The notes beneath the pieces are model-generated. The model searched no databases. It was not told the origin of the DNA and saw nothing but the letters and a program-made list of their open reading frames with translations. Of a DNA stretch of 64,000 bases, positions 1 through 8,899 are shown piece by piece. Source of the DNA: Rhodothermales bacterium. Its GTDB lineage: Bacteria > Bacteroidota > Rhodothermia > Rhodothermales > VXPQ01. The stretch is from assembly GCA_022825385.1 (NCBI GenBank), contig JAJDWX010000037.1, forward strand, positions 3,748-67,747, in the 5' to 3' direction. Both the position numbers and the translations under genes were made by a program. The first letter of the stretch is position 1. The number at the start of each line of letters is the position of its first letter.

Positions 1-510
1 GCGCTCCAATTGGCGGTTCCGCAACTCGAAGAGATTGATCTGCATCGCGATACGCGCGGTACGCCGCATCTCCGAGGCAAGTATCAGCACTGGCGGGCGC
101 AAGGAGCCTGGCAGACAGAAGAACAATTCTCGGATGGGACATTGCGGCTCATGGGGCTTCTCTGGGCTGTTATGGAAACAGGCGGTACATTGCTTCTGGA
201 GGAACCAGAACTTTCGCTTCACACCGAAATCGTACGCGTGTTGCCTCAAATGCTTGCCCGGGTTCAACGGAGAAATCACAGGCAGATATTATTGAGTACG
301 CATTCCCCGGAATTGCTGCAAGACGAAGGAATCGGGCTCGACGAAACATTGCTCATCGCTCCCCAATCGGATGGCGCTACGGTCGCTTCCGCTGCATCGC
401 GTTTTGAGATTCGCGCGTTGATTGAGGCAGGTCTTTCGCTTGCGGATGTGGTTATTCCCCAAACACGGCCTGCCCTAACCGATCAGTTGGCTCTGTTTGG
501 AGATTTGTGA
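1..510 (+). CDS. ABC/OLD-type AAA ATPase, C-terminal fragment (5' end outside window)
   Basis: The frame is open from nt 1. LLLEEPELSLH (Walker B/D-loop-like) and LSTHSPELL are typical of AAA_15/AAA_21-type ATPases. The stop overlaps the next start (GTGA). Confidence 0.7.
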   Translation, partial: ALQLAVPQLEEIDLHRDTRGTPHLRGKYQHWRAQGAWQTEEQFSDGTLRLMGLLWAVMETGGTLLLEEPELSLHTEIVRVLPQMLARVQRRNHRQILLSTHSPELLQDEGIGLDETLLIAPQSDGATVASAASRFEIRALIEAGLSLADVVIPQTRPALTDQLALFGDL

Positions 511-1133
511 ACGTGTCTTTGCCCGTTTCCATATCCGCAGCGGTCGAGGGGATGGTCGACGAGGTTGTTGCGCGAAGACTTGTTGCGCATGCGGGCGGAC
601 AGATCGGAGCTATATATGGCAAGAATGGTAAATCCGCCTTGCGAAACAGGATCAATGGGTATAACAATGCGGCTCGTTATGCAGCCTGGCTGGTGCTCGT
701 TGACCTGGATGAAGATGCGCAGTGCGCTCCGCTGATGCGCGATATGTGGGTACCGGATCCGGCTCCCAACCTTTGCTTTCGAATCGCTGTGCGCGAAGTA
801 GAGGCTTGGCTTATGGCGGACGCGCAAAGCCTTGCGCGCTACCTGGCTGTGAAGCAGGGCGGGATTCCCCGTGATCCTGAGCAATTGTCTCGGCCGAAGG
901 ATGCAATGGTTAATCTGGCCCGCGCTTCGCGGCACAAGAGCATTGTTAACGATATGGTGCCGGGTGAGCGAAGCGGGCGTCGGGTGGGTCGGGCATACTC
1001 GTCCAGGATGATGGAGTATATCGAACGGTACTGGAGACCTGATGTAGCAGCTGAGCGCGCCGATAGCCTTAGCCAGGCGATTCATTGTTTGCGCATGCTT
1101 GTTCAAGCCGGCGCGGTTCGCGCCAAGGCATGA
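507..1133 (+). CDS. Toprim-like (DUF4276/DUF4435/OLD-type) protein
   Basis: 208 aa. N-terminal AVEG (conserved Glu), LVLVDLDED (DxD) and REVEAWLMAD resemble the Toprim modules that pair with OLD-type ATPases. Translationally coupled to the upstream ATPase. Confidence 0.5.
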   Translation: MNVSLPVSISAAVEGMVDEVVARRLVAHAGGQIGAIYGKNGKSALRNRINGYNNAARYAAWLVLVDLDEDAQCAPLMRDMWVPDPAPNLCFRIAVREVEAWLMADAQSLARYLAVKQGGIPRDPEQLSRPKDAMVNLARASRHKSIVNDMVPGERSGRRVGRAYSSRMMEYIERYWRPDVAAERADSLSQAIHCLRMLVQAGAVRAKA

Positions 1134-2064
1134 TTTTCAGAGAAACAGGACGAAACCCGGGTGCCTATTCCAGAAGCAAAGCAACTCGTTCCGACGTATG
1201 GCTTGCGGCGTTCCCTATCCACATCTTTTTTGTACGCCGTGCACAGTTTGTTAATAAATTGTGAAATAAAATGCCGCCGGGGCCTTGACCTGACGTAAAC
1301 GGACGCTTATTATGATTCCAGCGTCTTCGGATGCTGTTCCTTGAAGCGACTGAATACTCTGGCTGCATGAGGCGCCTGCCGTCCGTCCCCCGCTCTGGCG
1401 AGGGGTGTGCACAGGTTCGACGAAGCGGCTGGCGAATCCGGTTTTCGCCGCGCAAGCAACTTGATGAAGCGATGGCGTAGCGCGTACGCGCAATGCCTGC
1501 TTGGAGAGGGCAAGCGCAGCAAGGGGATCGGAACGCTTGCTGTGGAGAATGTGTGGATACAGGAAGCGCAGGCAATCAAAAGGTCTGTGGCGCTGGAACC
1601 GTTTGCCCATGCGGTTCTCGCAGCTCGGCGATCAGGCAACTGTTCGCCAGGCACATGCCGCTACGTTGGCGTTGTCGCCGGTTTCGGCCGGTCTGCGGCG
1701 CCAACGGGAGTAGGGCCTCCCGAATCCTGGTTTCGGCCTATCGCTGAGGCGATGCGCAGAAATCCCGGGAGGCCCGTCGCTGACAGGAAGGATTCCGGAT
1801 GCAATACGCGCCGGGTTCTATAGCATGCCGCCAAGCGTAATGGCGCAAGTTTAATTGTGGGGTTATCCCCGCATGTCCAGGCAGGAAGCGCCGGTTGCTT
1901 TTGCAGTCGGCGTTTTTTGTTTTGATGCGCCATGCGATCATGGCGGCGTCTCGCTGTTCCTGTTCCCGTACCGTCTCGACATTTCCCGTACCCGAGAGCC
2001 GCTCGTCAGCTGCCGAGCGCCTGCATTCGCTGGAGACGAGCGATTTCGATCAGCCCGCAACCCG

Positions 2065-3204
2065 TCACAGCGATTTCTCCAGCATCGCATACTCCTTGTC
2101 CACCACGCCGCCGATTGCGACGAGCGCGTTGCGCTGGCGAACATTGGAGTCGAGCACCCAGCTCAGTTCGCTTGCTTCGTACCCGTGCTGCGGACCGTTG
2201 CGGATGGCCGCAAGGTTCAGCATGGCGTCCAGGCCGCGCCCGTGGTATTTCTTGCGGACGCCGAGGATAGGGGTTCGAATTTCCGTGATGCCCCCGAATT
2301 TTTCCCGAATCAGTATCTGAAACACGCCGAAGGGAAACAAGCGCCCGTCGGGCACATGCCGGAGCAACTGGTTGATGTTCGGAAGCGATACGGAAAAGCC
2401 CACGGGAATCCCGTTATCTTCCACGAAATAGACGAGGTTCGGATCGACGATTTGCTTCATTTGCCGGGCAAGCTGGGCAAATTCGTTCTCGGTCATCGGA
2501 ACGTGTCCCCAATTGTTTTCCCAGCCGTCGTTATATATATCGCGGATGCTTTGCACGTCTTCGTCGAAGCGTTTCATGTCCAGCGTACGCAACGTCACGC
2601 CCGGATTGCGCCGCTTTACGATTGCGACGCCGCGTTCCAGCTTGCCGGTTTTGACATACTTCTTGTGGACATAATATCCCCACATGGTCATCGCGCGCCG
2701 AAAACCGTACCGCTCCAGAAAAGTCAGATAATACGGCGGATTGTACGGCATGAGAATGCCCGGCTCCTTCTCGAATCCGTCCACCAGCAGGCCGCACGTA
2801 TCGTTGATGGAGGGATTGGCGGGGCCGCGTACGCCGGTCAGGCCTTCTTCCCGGAGCCGGTCCCCCACCGCGTCCAGGAGGGCCTCTGCGACCCCGTACT
2901 CCTCGACTGTTTCGAAGAATCCAAAATATCCCAGGCCATCCCCGTATGTTTTGAGATGCATGCCGTTTACAATGGCGGCGACGCGTCCCACGACGGCGCC
3001 GGAAGCGTCGCAGGCAAGAAACGGATAGATGGCGCCGTGCTCGAAGAAGGCGTTTTTCTTTGGGTCCAGCGCATGCCGGATATCCTGCCGAAGCGGAGGC
3101 GTCCATGCAGGATACTTGCGATACAAGCGATAGGGTAAATCAACGAATGCCCTGAGGTCGCTCCGCGAGCGAACGGGGCGAACGGTTACGGGGCGTGTTG
3201 CCAT
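2065..3204 (-). CDS. GNAT-like N-acyltransferase family protein
   Basis: 379-aa ORF whose C-terminal half looks acyl-CoA N-acyltransferase-like (ILGVRKKYHGRGLDAML). Sits in the same orientation immediately downstream of the alpha-oxoamine synthase gene. Confidence 0.6.
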   Translation of the reverse strand: MATRPVTVRPVRSRSDLRAFVDLPYRLYRKYPAWTPPLRQDIRHALDPKKNAFFEHGAIYPFLACDASGAVVGRVAAIVNGMHLKTYGDGLGYFGFFETVEEYGVAEALLDAVGDRLREEGLTGVRGPANPSINDTCGLLVDGFEKEPGILMPYNPPYYLTFLERYGFRRAMTMWGYYVHKKYVKTGKLERGVAIVKRRNPGVTLRTLDMKRFDEDVQSIRDIYNDGWENNWGHVPMTENEFAQLARQMKQIVDPNLVYFVEDNGIPVGFSVSLPNINQLLRHVPDGRLFPFGVFQILIREKFGGITEIRTPILGVRKKYHGRGLDAMLNLAAIRNGPQHGYEASELSWVLDSNVRQRNALVAIGGVVDKEYAMLEKSL

Positions 3205-3245
3205 GCAATCAGGATATGGAAAGCGCAGGCCCGTCGGGCGGGACG

Positions 3246-4604
3246 TTACGGCTGCGCGTTGGCCTGCGCCGCCGCTGCGTTTTTCGTCAGATATGCTTCG
3301 CCTTCTTGCGCGATGGCTGCGCCGTTTCGGTTGACGATCCCGTGCTTTACGCCCACGCGGGTGAATTTTTCAAGAATAAAATCCAGTTCGTCGTTCGAGT
3401 GCGTGGCCATGAACGAGGTGCGCATAAGCGACTGGCCCGGCGGGACGGCGGGCGGAGCCACCGCATTGGCGAAGACGCCTTCTTCGAGCAGATCGTGCCA
3501 GAACCTGAAGCAGGTCAGCATGTCGCCGATGACGACCGGAATGACGGCGGACTGGCTTGTCCAGATGTTGAACCCGGAGTTCCGGAAGCCGTTGCGCATG
3601 TACTCCGAAATGTCCCAGAGTCGTTCGAGGCGTTCGGGTTCTTCCTCAAGGATGTCCAGGCATTTAAGCACCGTGGCCACGCTGGGCGGGGGCATGGATG
3701 CGCTGAACATATGCGTGGCGCTGCGATGGCGAATAAACTCGACGATGTCCCGCGTCGCTACGCAGAACCCTCCAAGCGAAGCGAAACTCTTCGAAAACGT
3801 GCCCGTGGTTAGCGGTACGCGCTCGCTGAGCCCGAAATGCGCCGCCGAACCGCGTCCGCCCGGACCAATGACGCCGCAGGCATGCGCGTCGTCCAGGAGC
3901 AGCGCCGCCCCGAATTCTTCGGCGATCTCGACCAGTTCCGGCACTTTCGCGATGACGCCGCTCATGGAGAACACGCCGTCCGTAACGATCAGCTTCCCTG
4001 CTTGCGGATGCATCTGGCAGGTTTTGGCCAGCGATTTTCGCAAGTGATCCGTATCGTTGTGTCGAAAACGGATCGTTTCTCCCATGCTGGCGCGCGTCCC
4101 CGCCGTAATGGAGGCATGGTTGTCCTTGTCGGAAAAGATAAAATCTCCCTTCCCCGCAAGCGCCTGAATGACGCCCTCGTTCGCCATATAGCCTGTCGAG
4201 AACACTACGCAAGCAGGGGCTTGCATGAACCGGGCAAGCCGTTCTTCCAGCTGGATATGCAGGTCGAGCGTACCGTTCAGGAATCGGCTGCCGGTGCAGC
4301 CGGTGCCATACTGCTTGATGGCGTTGGCGGCGGCTTCCTGGACCCGGGGGTCGGAGGTGAGCCCGAGGTAATTGTTGGAGCCGGCCATAATGACTTCCCG
4401 CCCGTTCAGGATGGCGCGGGTTCCTTCGTTCCGCTCGATCATGCGGAAATACGGGTACAGGCCGGCTTGTTTGGCCTGGCTGTAATCCGTCGATTCGTCA
4501 AAGAACCGGTGGCATTTTTCGAACAGCGTGGGCTCCGCCACTGCACAGGCATCCGTAGCCGCACCGTCATGGCGCTCTGATCGGGAATCAAGGGGCGTCA
4601 TCAT
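3246..4604 (-). CDS. alpha-oxoamine synthase family PLP enzyme (serine palmitoyltransferase / 8-amino-7-oxononanoate synthase-like)
   Basis: NNYLGL, GTGCTGSRFLNG and the PLP-lysine motif GTFSKSFASLGG. The start was set at the internal MMTPLD; the ORF is open up to 4706. Confidence 0.85.
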   Translation of the reverse strand: MMTPLDSRSERHDGAATDACAVAEPTLFEKCHRFFDESTDYSQAKQAGLYPYFRMIERNEGTRAILNGREVIMAGSNNYLGLTSDPRVQEAAANAIKQYGTGCTGSRFLNGTLDLHIQLEERLARFMQAPACVVFSTGYMANEGVIQALAGKGDFIFSDKDNHASITAGTRASMGETIRFRHNDTDHLRKSLAKTCQMHPQAGKLIVTDGVFSMSGVIAKVPELVEIAEEFGAALLLDDAHACGVIGPGGRGSAAHFGLSERVPLTTGTFSKSFASLGGFCVATRDIVEFIRHRSATHMFSASMPPPSVATVLKCLDILEEEPERLERLWDISEYMRNGFRNSGFNIWTSQSAVIPVVIGDMLTCFRFWHDLLEEGVFANAVAPPAVPPGQSLMRTSFMATHSNDELDFILEKFTRVGVKHGIVNRNGAAIAQEGEAYLTKNAAAAQANAQP

Positions 4605-4740
4605 ATGGTCGTTATTCGTCTCAGGCGGTGTGGCCAGGGAACCGGCTTCTGTCGGGGCGGATGGCGCGCGCGTACAATAGATGCTGGATGTTTCCAGGCA
4701 ACCCAATGCGTTAACGAAGTAAAATAAGGAATTTTCGGCA

Positions 4741-5421
4741 TTAATGTCCGCACGGCTTATTTTCTACGCCGCACGGCGCGATTTGCGCCCCGGATCGTAA
4801 GGTATTCCGGTTCCCGAATCGCCAGGTCGCCGAAACGCCTGCGGGTTGCAGGGACAGGGCCAGGTTTTCGCCTACGTCAAAGTCCAGCAGGTGCGCGTGG
4901 ACGTACGCATCGAGAATCGACAGTCCGTAGAAAACGCCGGCGCCGATGTACAGTACGTCGCGATTTCTTCGCAGGGCGTCCCGTTGCTGTCGGAACAGAC
5001 CGCCCAGCCTGTTCTGAAAGGCGTCCGTTTCCGCTTCTTCGGGGGCGATTCCCAGTTCTCCAAGCAGGCTCAGATAATCCTGCTCGTATGTTGCGGGGAC
5101 ATGGATCGTCGAGGCGTCCCGGATCACCCAAAGATATCCGTTTCCATATGTTCGGTATCGCCGATTCGCGCGCAGGATGGCGCCAGTGAAACCCGCCAGG
5201 CCGCCCCACACGATCGCCGCCTTGTAATACTGCCGGTTGCGCATTTGCCCCCAGCCCGGCACGGCCGCTCGCCAGAGCGCTGCGCGGGGATTGAAGCGCT
5301 GCCTGGCGACAGCGGTGTCCGGCTGCGCCGCCAGGGGTTGCGCGGCTATGGCTTGCGCCGCCGCGAAACTGGCCATGCAGGCCATCAGGATCATCCCGAC
5401 GTATCCAATGCGGCTATGCAC
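4741..5421 (-). CDS. DUF5683 domain protein
   Basis: Signal peptide, the VPGWGQMRNRQYYKA motif, and a position directly after parB, as is usual in Bacteroidota. Confidence 0.7.
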   Translation of the reverse strand: MHSRIGYVGMILMACMASFAAAQAIAAQPLAAQPDTAVARQRFNPRAALWRAAVPGWGQMRNRQYYKAAIVWGGLAGFTGAILRANRRYRTYGNGYLWVIRDASTIHVPATYEQDYLSLLGELGIAPEEAETDAFQNRLGGLFRQQRDALRRNRDVLYIGAGVFYGLSILDAYVHAHLLDFDVGENLALSLQPAGVSATWRFGNRNTLRSGAQIAPCGVENKPCGH

Positions 5422-5423
5422 GA

Positions 5424-6323
5424 TTATTTCCCCGCGATCAATTCGAGAAGCCGTTCCAGGTCTTCGCCGGAATAGTACTCGATTTCGATACGTCCTCTAT
5501 TTCCCTGACGCCGGATGCCCACCCGCGTGCCCAGGCGGCTGCGAAGTTGCGACACGTATTTTTCCACTTGCAGGGCGTCCCGCTTCGACAGGGTGGTCTC
5601 GCCTTGCGGCGGTTTTTTGATTTTTGGCGTCTTCGCCTCGCGGTTTTCCCGTACCCTTCGCTCGACTTCCCGTACGGACAGTCCCTTGGCCTTGATGGCT
5701 TCGAAGAGGGCGATTTGCGTTTTTTCGTCCGCTATGCCAATCAGTACGCGAGCGTGTCCAACGGATACTTCGCCGTCGCGCAGGCCGGTTTGCACGAGGG
5801 GGGGCAGCCGGAGCAATCGCAGCATATTGGTTACGGCGGATCGGCTTTTGGCGACGCTGCGGGCTACTTCTTCGTGGGTCATGTCGCATTCTTCCATCAA
5901 GCGCCGGTAGGCCAGCGCCTCTTCGATCGGGTTGAGGTTCTCGCGCTGGACGTTTTCGACGATAGCCATTTGCAACATGCTGTCCGCATCCGCCTCCCGA
6001 ACATAGGCGGGAATGCGTTCGAGCCCCGCAAGCCGCGCCGCGCGCAGCCGTCGCTCTCCGGAAATGAGTTCGTACCCCTGCTCTCCCGTTCGCACCGCGA
6101 CAGGCTGAATCACCCCCAGTCGCCTGATCGAATCCGCCAGTTCCATGAGCGTTTCTTCGTCGAAATCCTTGCGGGGTTGCATGGGATTGGGCTGCACGAG
6201 CGCAATGTCGATTTCGCTGATCTGGCTGGCTCGCCTGGACGGATGGGCGGACGCAAGGGGTTCTTCGTTCGATTCGAGGATTGCGCTCAGTCCGCGTCCC
6301 AGCGCTTCTTTCCGTGGGGCCAT
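5424..6323 (-). CDS. parB: ParB/Spo0J partition protein
   Basis: ParB box ISGERRLRAARLAG, an HTH region, and a position downstream of parA. Confidence 0.95.
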   Translation of the reverse strand: MAPRKEALGRGLSAILESNEEPLASAHPSRRASQISEIDIALVQPNPMQPRKDFDEETLMELADSIRRLGVIQPVAVRTGEQGYELISGERRLRAARLAGLERIPAYVREADADSMLQMAIVENVQRENLNPIEEALAYRRLMEECDMTHEEVARSVAKSRSAVTNMLRLLRLPPLVQTGLRDGEVSVGHARVLIGIADEKTQIALFEAIKAKGLSVREVERRVRENREAKTPKIKKPPQGETTLSKRDALQVEKYVSQLRSRLGTRVGIRRQGNRGRIEIEYYSGEDLERLLELIAGK

Positions 6324-6346
6324 GGCAAGAGGGGGATACGTGAAAA

Positions 6347-7177
6347 TCAGGGGGCGTATTCGACGGACGGCGTATGCGTCCGGGGCGCGTCGCCGTTTGC
6401 TTGCGTAGCGGCCCCCGCATTGTTCTCTACGATTTCGCGAGCGAGGGCGATATAGTTGCGCGCGCCGGTGGAAACCGCATCGTAGAGCAGCACAGGTTTC
6501 CCGAAACCGGGCGCTTCCGAAAGCCGAACGTTGCGCCGGACGATGGTCTTGAACACTTTGTCGCCGAAATATTGCCGCACTTCGTTTACGACCTGGTTCG
6601 CAAGGCGGAGCCGGGCGTCGAACATAGTCAGGAGGACGCCTTCTATTTCAAGGGCCCGGTTCAGGCGCTGCTGGACGATTTTTACCGTATTCAGCAGTTG
6701 CCCCAATCCTTCGAGCGCGAAATATTCGGTTTGCAAGGGGATGACGACGGAGTCCGAGGCGGTAAGCGCGTTTACCGTGAGCAAACCGAGCGACGGCGGA
6801 CAATCGATCACGACGAACGCATAGTCCCGCCGGATGGCGTCAAAGGCCTCTTTGAGGCGGTATTCCCGTCTGGGAAGGTCCGCTATTTCGATTTCGGCGC
6901 CCACAAGGTTGATGTGGCTGGGCGCCACATGGAGCGAAGCGATTTCCGTTTTCTGGACGATGGAACGTATTTCGGCGTTGCCGATCAGCGCTTCGTAGAT
7001 GGAATGTCCCCGCGTTCCGTCGTGTACGCCGGTTCCCGAACTGGCGTTTGACTGGGGATCCATGTCCACGAGCAGTATCGGATATTCCAGGGCCGCCAGC
7101 GACGCCGCCAGATTGATGGCCGTGGTTGTTTTGCCCACGCCGCCTTTCTGGTTCGCAATCGAAATTATTTTTCCCAT
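6347..7177 (-). CDS. parA: ParA/Soj partition ATPase
   Basis: Deviant Walker A motif NQKGGVGKTTT; full-length ParA-like sequence. Confidence 0.95.
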   Translation of the reverse strand: MGKIISIANQKGGVGKTTTAINLAASLAALEYPILLVDMDPQSNASSGTGVHDGTRGHSIYEALIGNAEIRSIVQKTEIASLHVAPSHINLVGAEIEIADLPRREYRLKEAFDAIRRDYAFVVIDCPPSLGLLTVNALTASDSVVIPLQTEYFALEGLGQLLNTVKIVQQRLNRALEIEGVLLTMFDARLRLANQVVNEVRQYFGDKVFKTIVRRNVRLSEAPGFGKPVLLYDAVSTGARNYIALAREIVENNAGAATQANGDAPRTHTPSVEYAP

Positions 7178-7332
7178 AGATTGGTCCGTGTCGTATCGGC
7201 CGGATACAGATTCGTATTTTCAATATTCGCCGGATTGCGCCGTTATCAGGATCAACGAATGGATAAGCAATTGGTTTTATATTTTTATTTTTCGATGGGG
7301 TCGGATACTTTTCGGGAAAACAGGGCAAAAAC

Positions 7333-8034
7333 GTGAAGCAGCAGGATCATGCAAAACGCGCCGCGGGAGAACAGGCGGCTTCCTGGGTGCAAAATGGCAT
7401 GCGCATCGGTTTGGGGACAGGTTCTACCGTGGCGTACGCACTGGAGGCGCTGGGACGGCGCGTCCGGGAAGAAGGGCTGTCGTTCTCGGGCGTTCCAACC
7501 TCGATAGCCACGGAGGAGATCGCGCGCCGCCTTGCCTTGCCCCTCGTTGCGCTGGCCGAGGCGGGCCGCCTGGATATGGCTATCGACGGCGCTGACGAGA
7601 TCGATCCGCACTGGCGCCTGATCAAGGGCGGCGGCGGCGCGCATACGCGCGAAAAAATCGTTGCGGAGCAAGCAGCCCGTTTTATCGTGCTCGTGGACGA
7701 ATCCAAGGTCGTGCAGCGGCTGGGCGCTGCGTTTCCGGTGCCTGTGGAAGTGGCGCCCTTTGCGGCGGCTCCGGTCATGGAGGCGTTGCGGCGTCTGGGC
7801 GCCTCCCCCGCGTTGCGCACAGACGAAACCGGAGCGCCTGTTTGCACCGATCAGGCGTTTTACATCCTTGATGCGTCGTTCGAGGGGGGCATAGAGGACC
7901 CCGAAGCACTGGGCCCCGCCATCAAGAACATACCGGGCGTTTTGGACCACGGTATTTTTGCGGGCTATACCACCGACGTCCTCGTTGGCGGGGAGGACGG
8001 AAGCGTCCGCACGCTTAAGCAGAGTATCCTGTAA
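7333..8034 (+). CDS. rpiA: ribose-5-phosphate isomerase A
   Basis: GLGTGST motif and IDGADEID; typical RpiA length (233 aa). Confidence 0.9.
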   Translation: MKQQDHAKRAAGEQAASWVQNGMRIGLGTGSTVAYALEALGRRVREEGLSFSGVPTSIATEEIARRLALPLVALAEAGRLDMAIDGADEIDPHWRLIKGGGGAHTREKIVAEQAARFIVLVDESKVVQRLGAAFPVPVEVAPFAAAPVMEALRRLGASPALRTDETGAPVCTDQAFYILDASFEGGIEDPEALGPAIKNIPGVLDHGIFAGYTTDVLVGGEDGSVRTLKQSIL

Positions 8035-8054
8035 GGAAAATAACGCAAATAAAG

Positions 8055-8097
8055 AAAGGCGCCCGGACAAATCAGGCGATTCGTCCAGGCGCCTTTT
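8055..8097. terminator. bidirectional hairpin terminator between convergent rpiA and tonB-like genes
   Basis: AAAGGCGCC ... GGCGCCTTTT arms with an inner GGAC/GTCC pair. A/T runs lie on both sides. Confidence 0.5.
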
Positions 8098-8116
8098 GTT
8101 TTGGTTGGCGTATCCC

Positions 8117-8776
8117 TTATTTCAGCTTGAAGGTGATGGGCAGCGACATGCGCACCTTGACGGCCTTGCCGCGTTGCTTGCCGGGCGTGAATTTGGCCTC
8201 GCTCACGACGCGGGCGGCTTCTTCGTCGCAACCGGCTCCAATGCCCCGGGTAACGACCACGTCTTCCACGTTGCCCTGTTCGTTCACCACGAATTGCAGG
8301 AATACGCGCCCTTCCACGCCCGCCTTACGGGCAATCTCGGGGTAGTTCACCTTGCTCTGGACCGCGCCAATGCCTCCAATGAGTTCAGGCTGTTGCTCCA
8401 CGATGAAAAAGATTTCAGGCTCTTCTTCCTCTTCTTCCTCCTGGGGCGGCGGGGGAGGCAGCGCAGCCGGCGCGGCGTCCAGGTCGAGCGAAGCGTCCAG
8501 GTCCAGGATATCGTCCTCCAGGATTTCGTCGTTGGGGACCTCAACGGGCACAGGCGGCCTGGGCGGAGGCGGCGGCTGCTCGATTTGCTCCGTTTGCTGG
8601 ATTTCTTCCATCGTGATCTGCTCCTGTTCCGGGAGCACGATCTCGAAATCGCTCTGGTTGGACCAGTTGGCGCGGAAGGCGACAATCAAAATGGCCAGCG
8701 TGATGATCAGGCCCGCCTCCATATAGAGCGCGTACTTGTTCTTCAGGTTATGCTTGTCTTCCTTTTGCAAAGCCAT
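8117..8776 (-). CDS. tonB: energy transducer TonB
   Basis: N-terminal TM helix, a Pro- and Glu-rich linker, and a C-terminal TonB domain (VNYPEIARKAGVEGRVFLQFVV). Confidence 0.85.
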   Translation of the reverse strand: MALQKEDKHNLKNKYALYMEAGLIITLAILIVAFRANWSNQSDFEIVLPEQEQITMEEIQQTEQIEQPPPPPRPPVPVEVPNDEILEDDILDLDASLDLDAAPAALPPPPPQEEEEEEEPEIFFIVEQQPELIGGIGAVQSKVNYPEIARKAGVEGRVFLQFVVNEQGNVEDVVVTRGIGAGCDEEAARVVSEAKFTPGKQRGKAVKVRMSLPITFKLK

Positions 8777-8832
8777 GTCGCTGTTTCCGGATGGTTTGAA
8801 GTTGCACGAAACCGTCTATGCTTAACATACGT

Positions 8833-8888
8833 AAAAACGCCCGGTTCCGTGAATTCGCATTGTGAATTTTAACACGGAAGGCGTTTTT
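8833..8888 (-). terminator. long hairpin terminator after nnr
   Basis: AAAAACGCC+TTCCGTG pairs with CACGGAA+GGCGTTTTT (16 bp with a 3-nt bulge). A T-run follows on the minus strand, directly downstream of the nnr stop. Confidence 0.5.
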
Positions 8889-8899
8889 TTGCCGCGCAG

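Noticed and set aside
1855-3138. Long antisense or alternative-frame ORFs throughout the window. Examples: 1855-3138 +, 9317-11044 +, 17510-19165 -, 26287-28485 -, 35172-36611 -, 52134-54092 +, 60973-62811 +.
   Set aside because: They lie opposite or out of frame to genes with clear family motifs. They have Arg/Gly/Pro/Ala-rich composition typical of shadow ORFs in high-GC DNA and show no recognisable motifs.
7178-7332. The AT-rich divergent region between parA and rpiA as oriC.
   Set aside because: It is only about 155 bp, with at best one or two weak DnaA-box-like sequences (TTATCCATT on the minus strand) and no dnaA or dnaN nearby. It is more simply a pair of divergent promoters.
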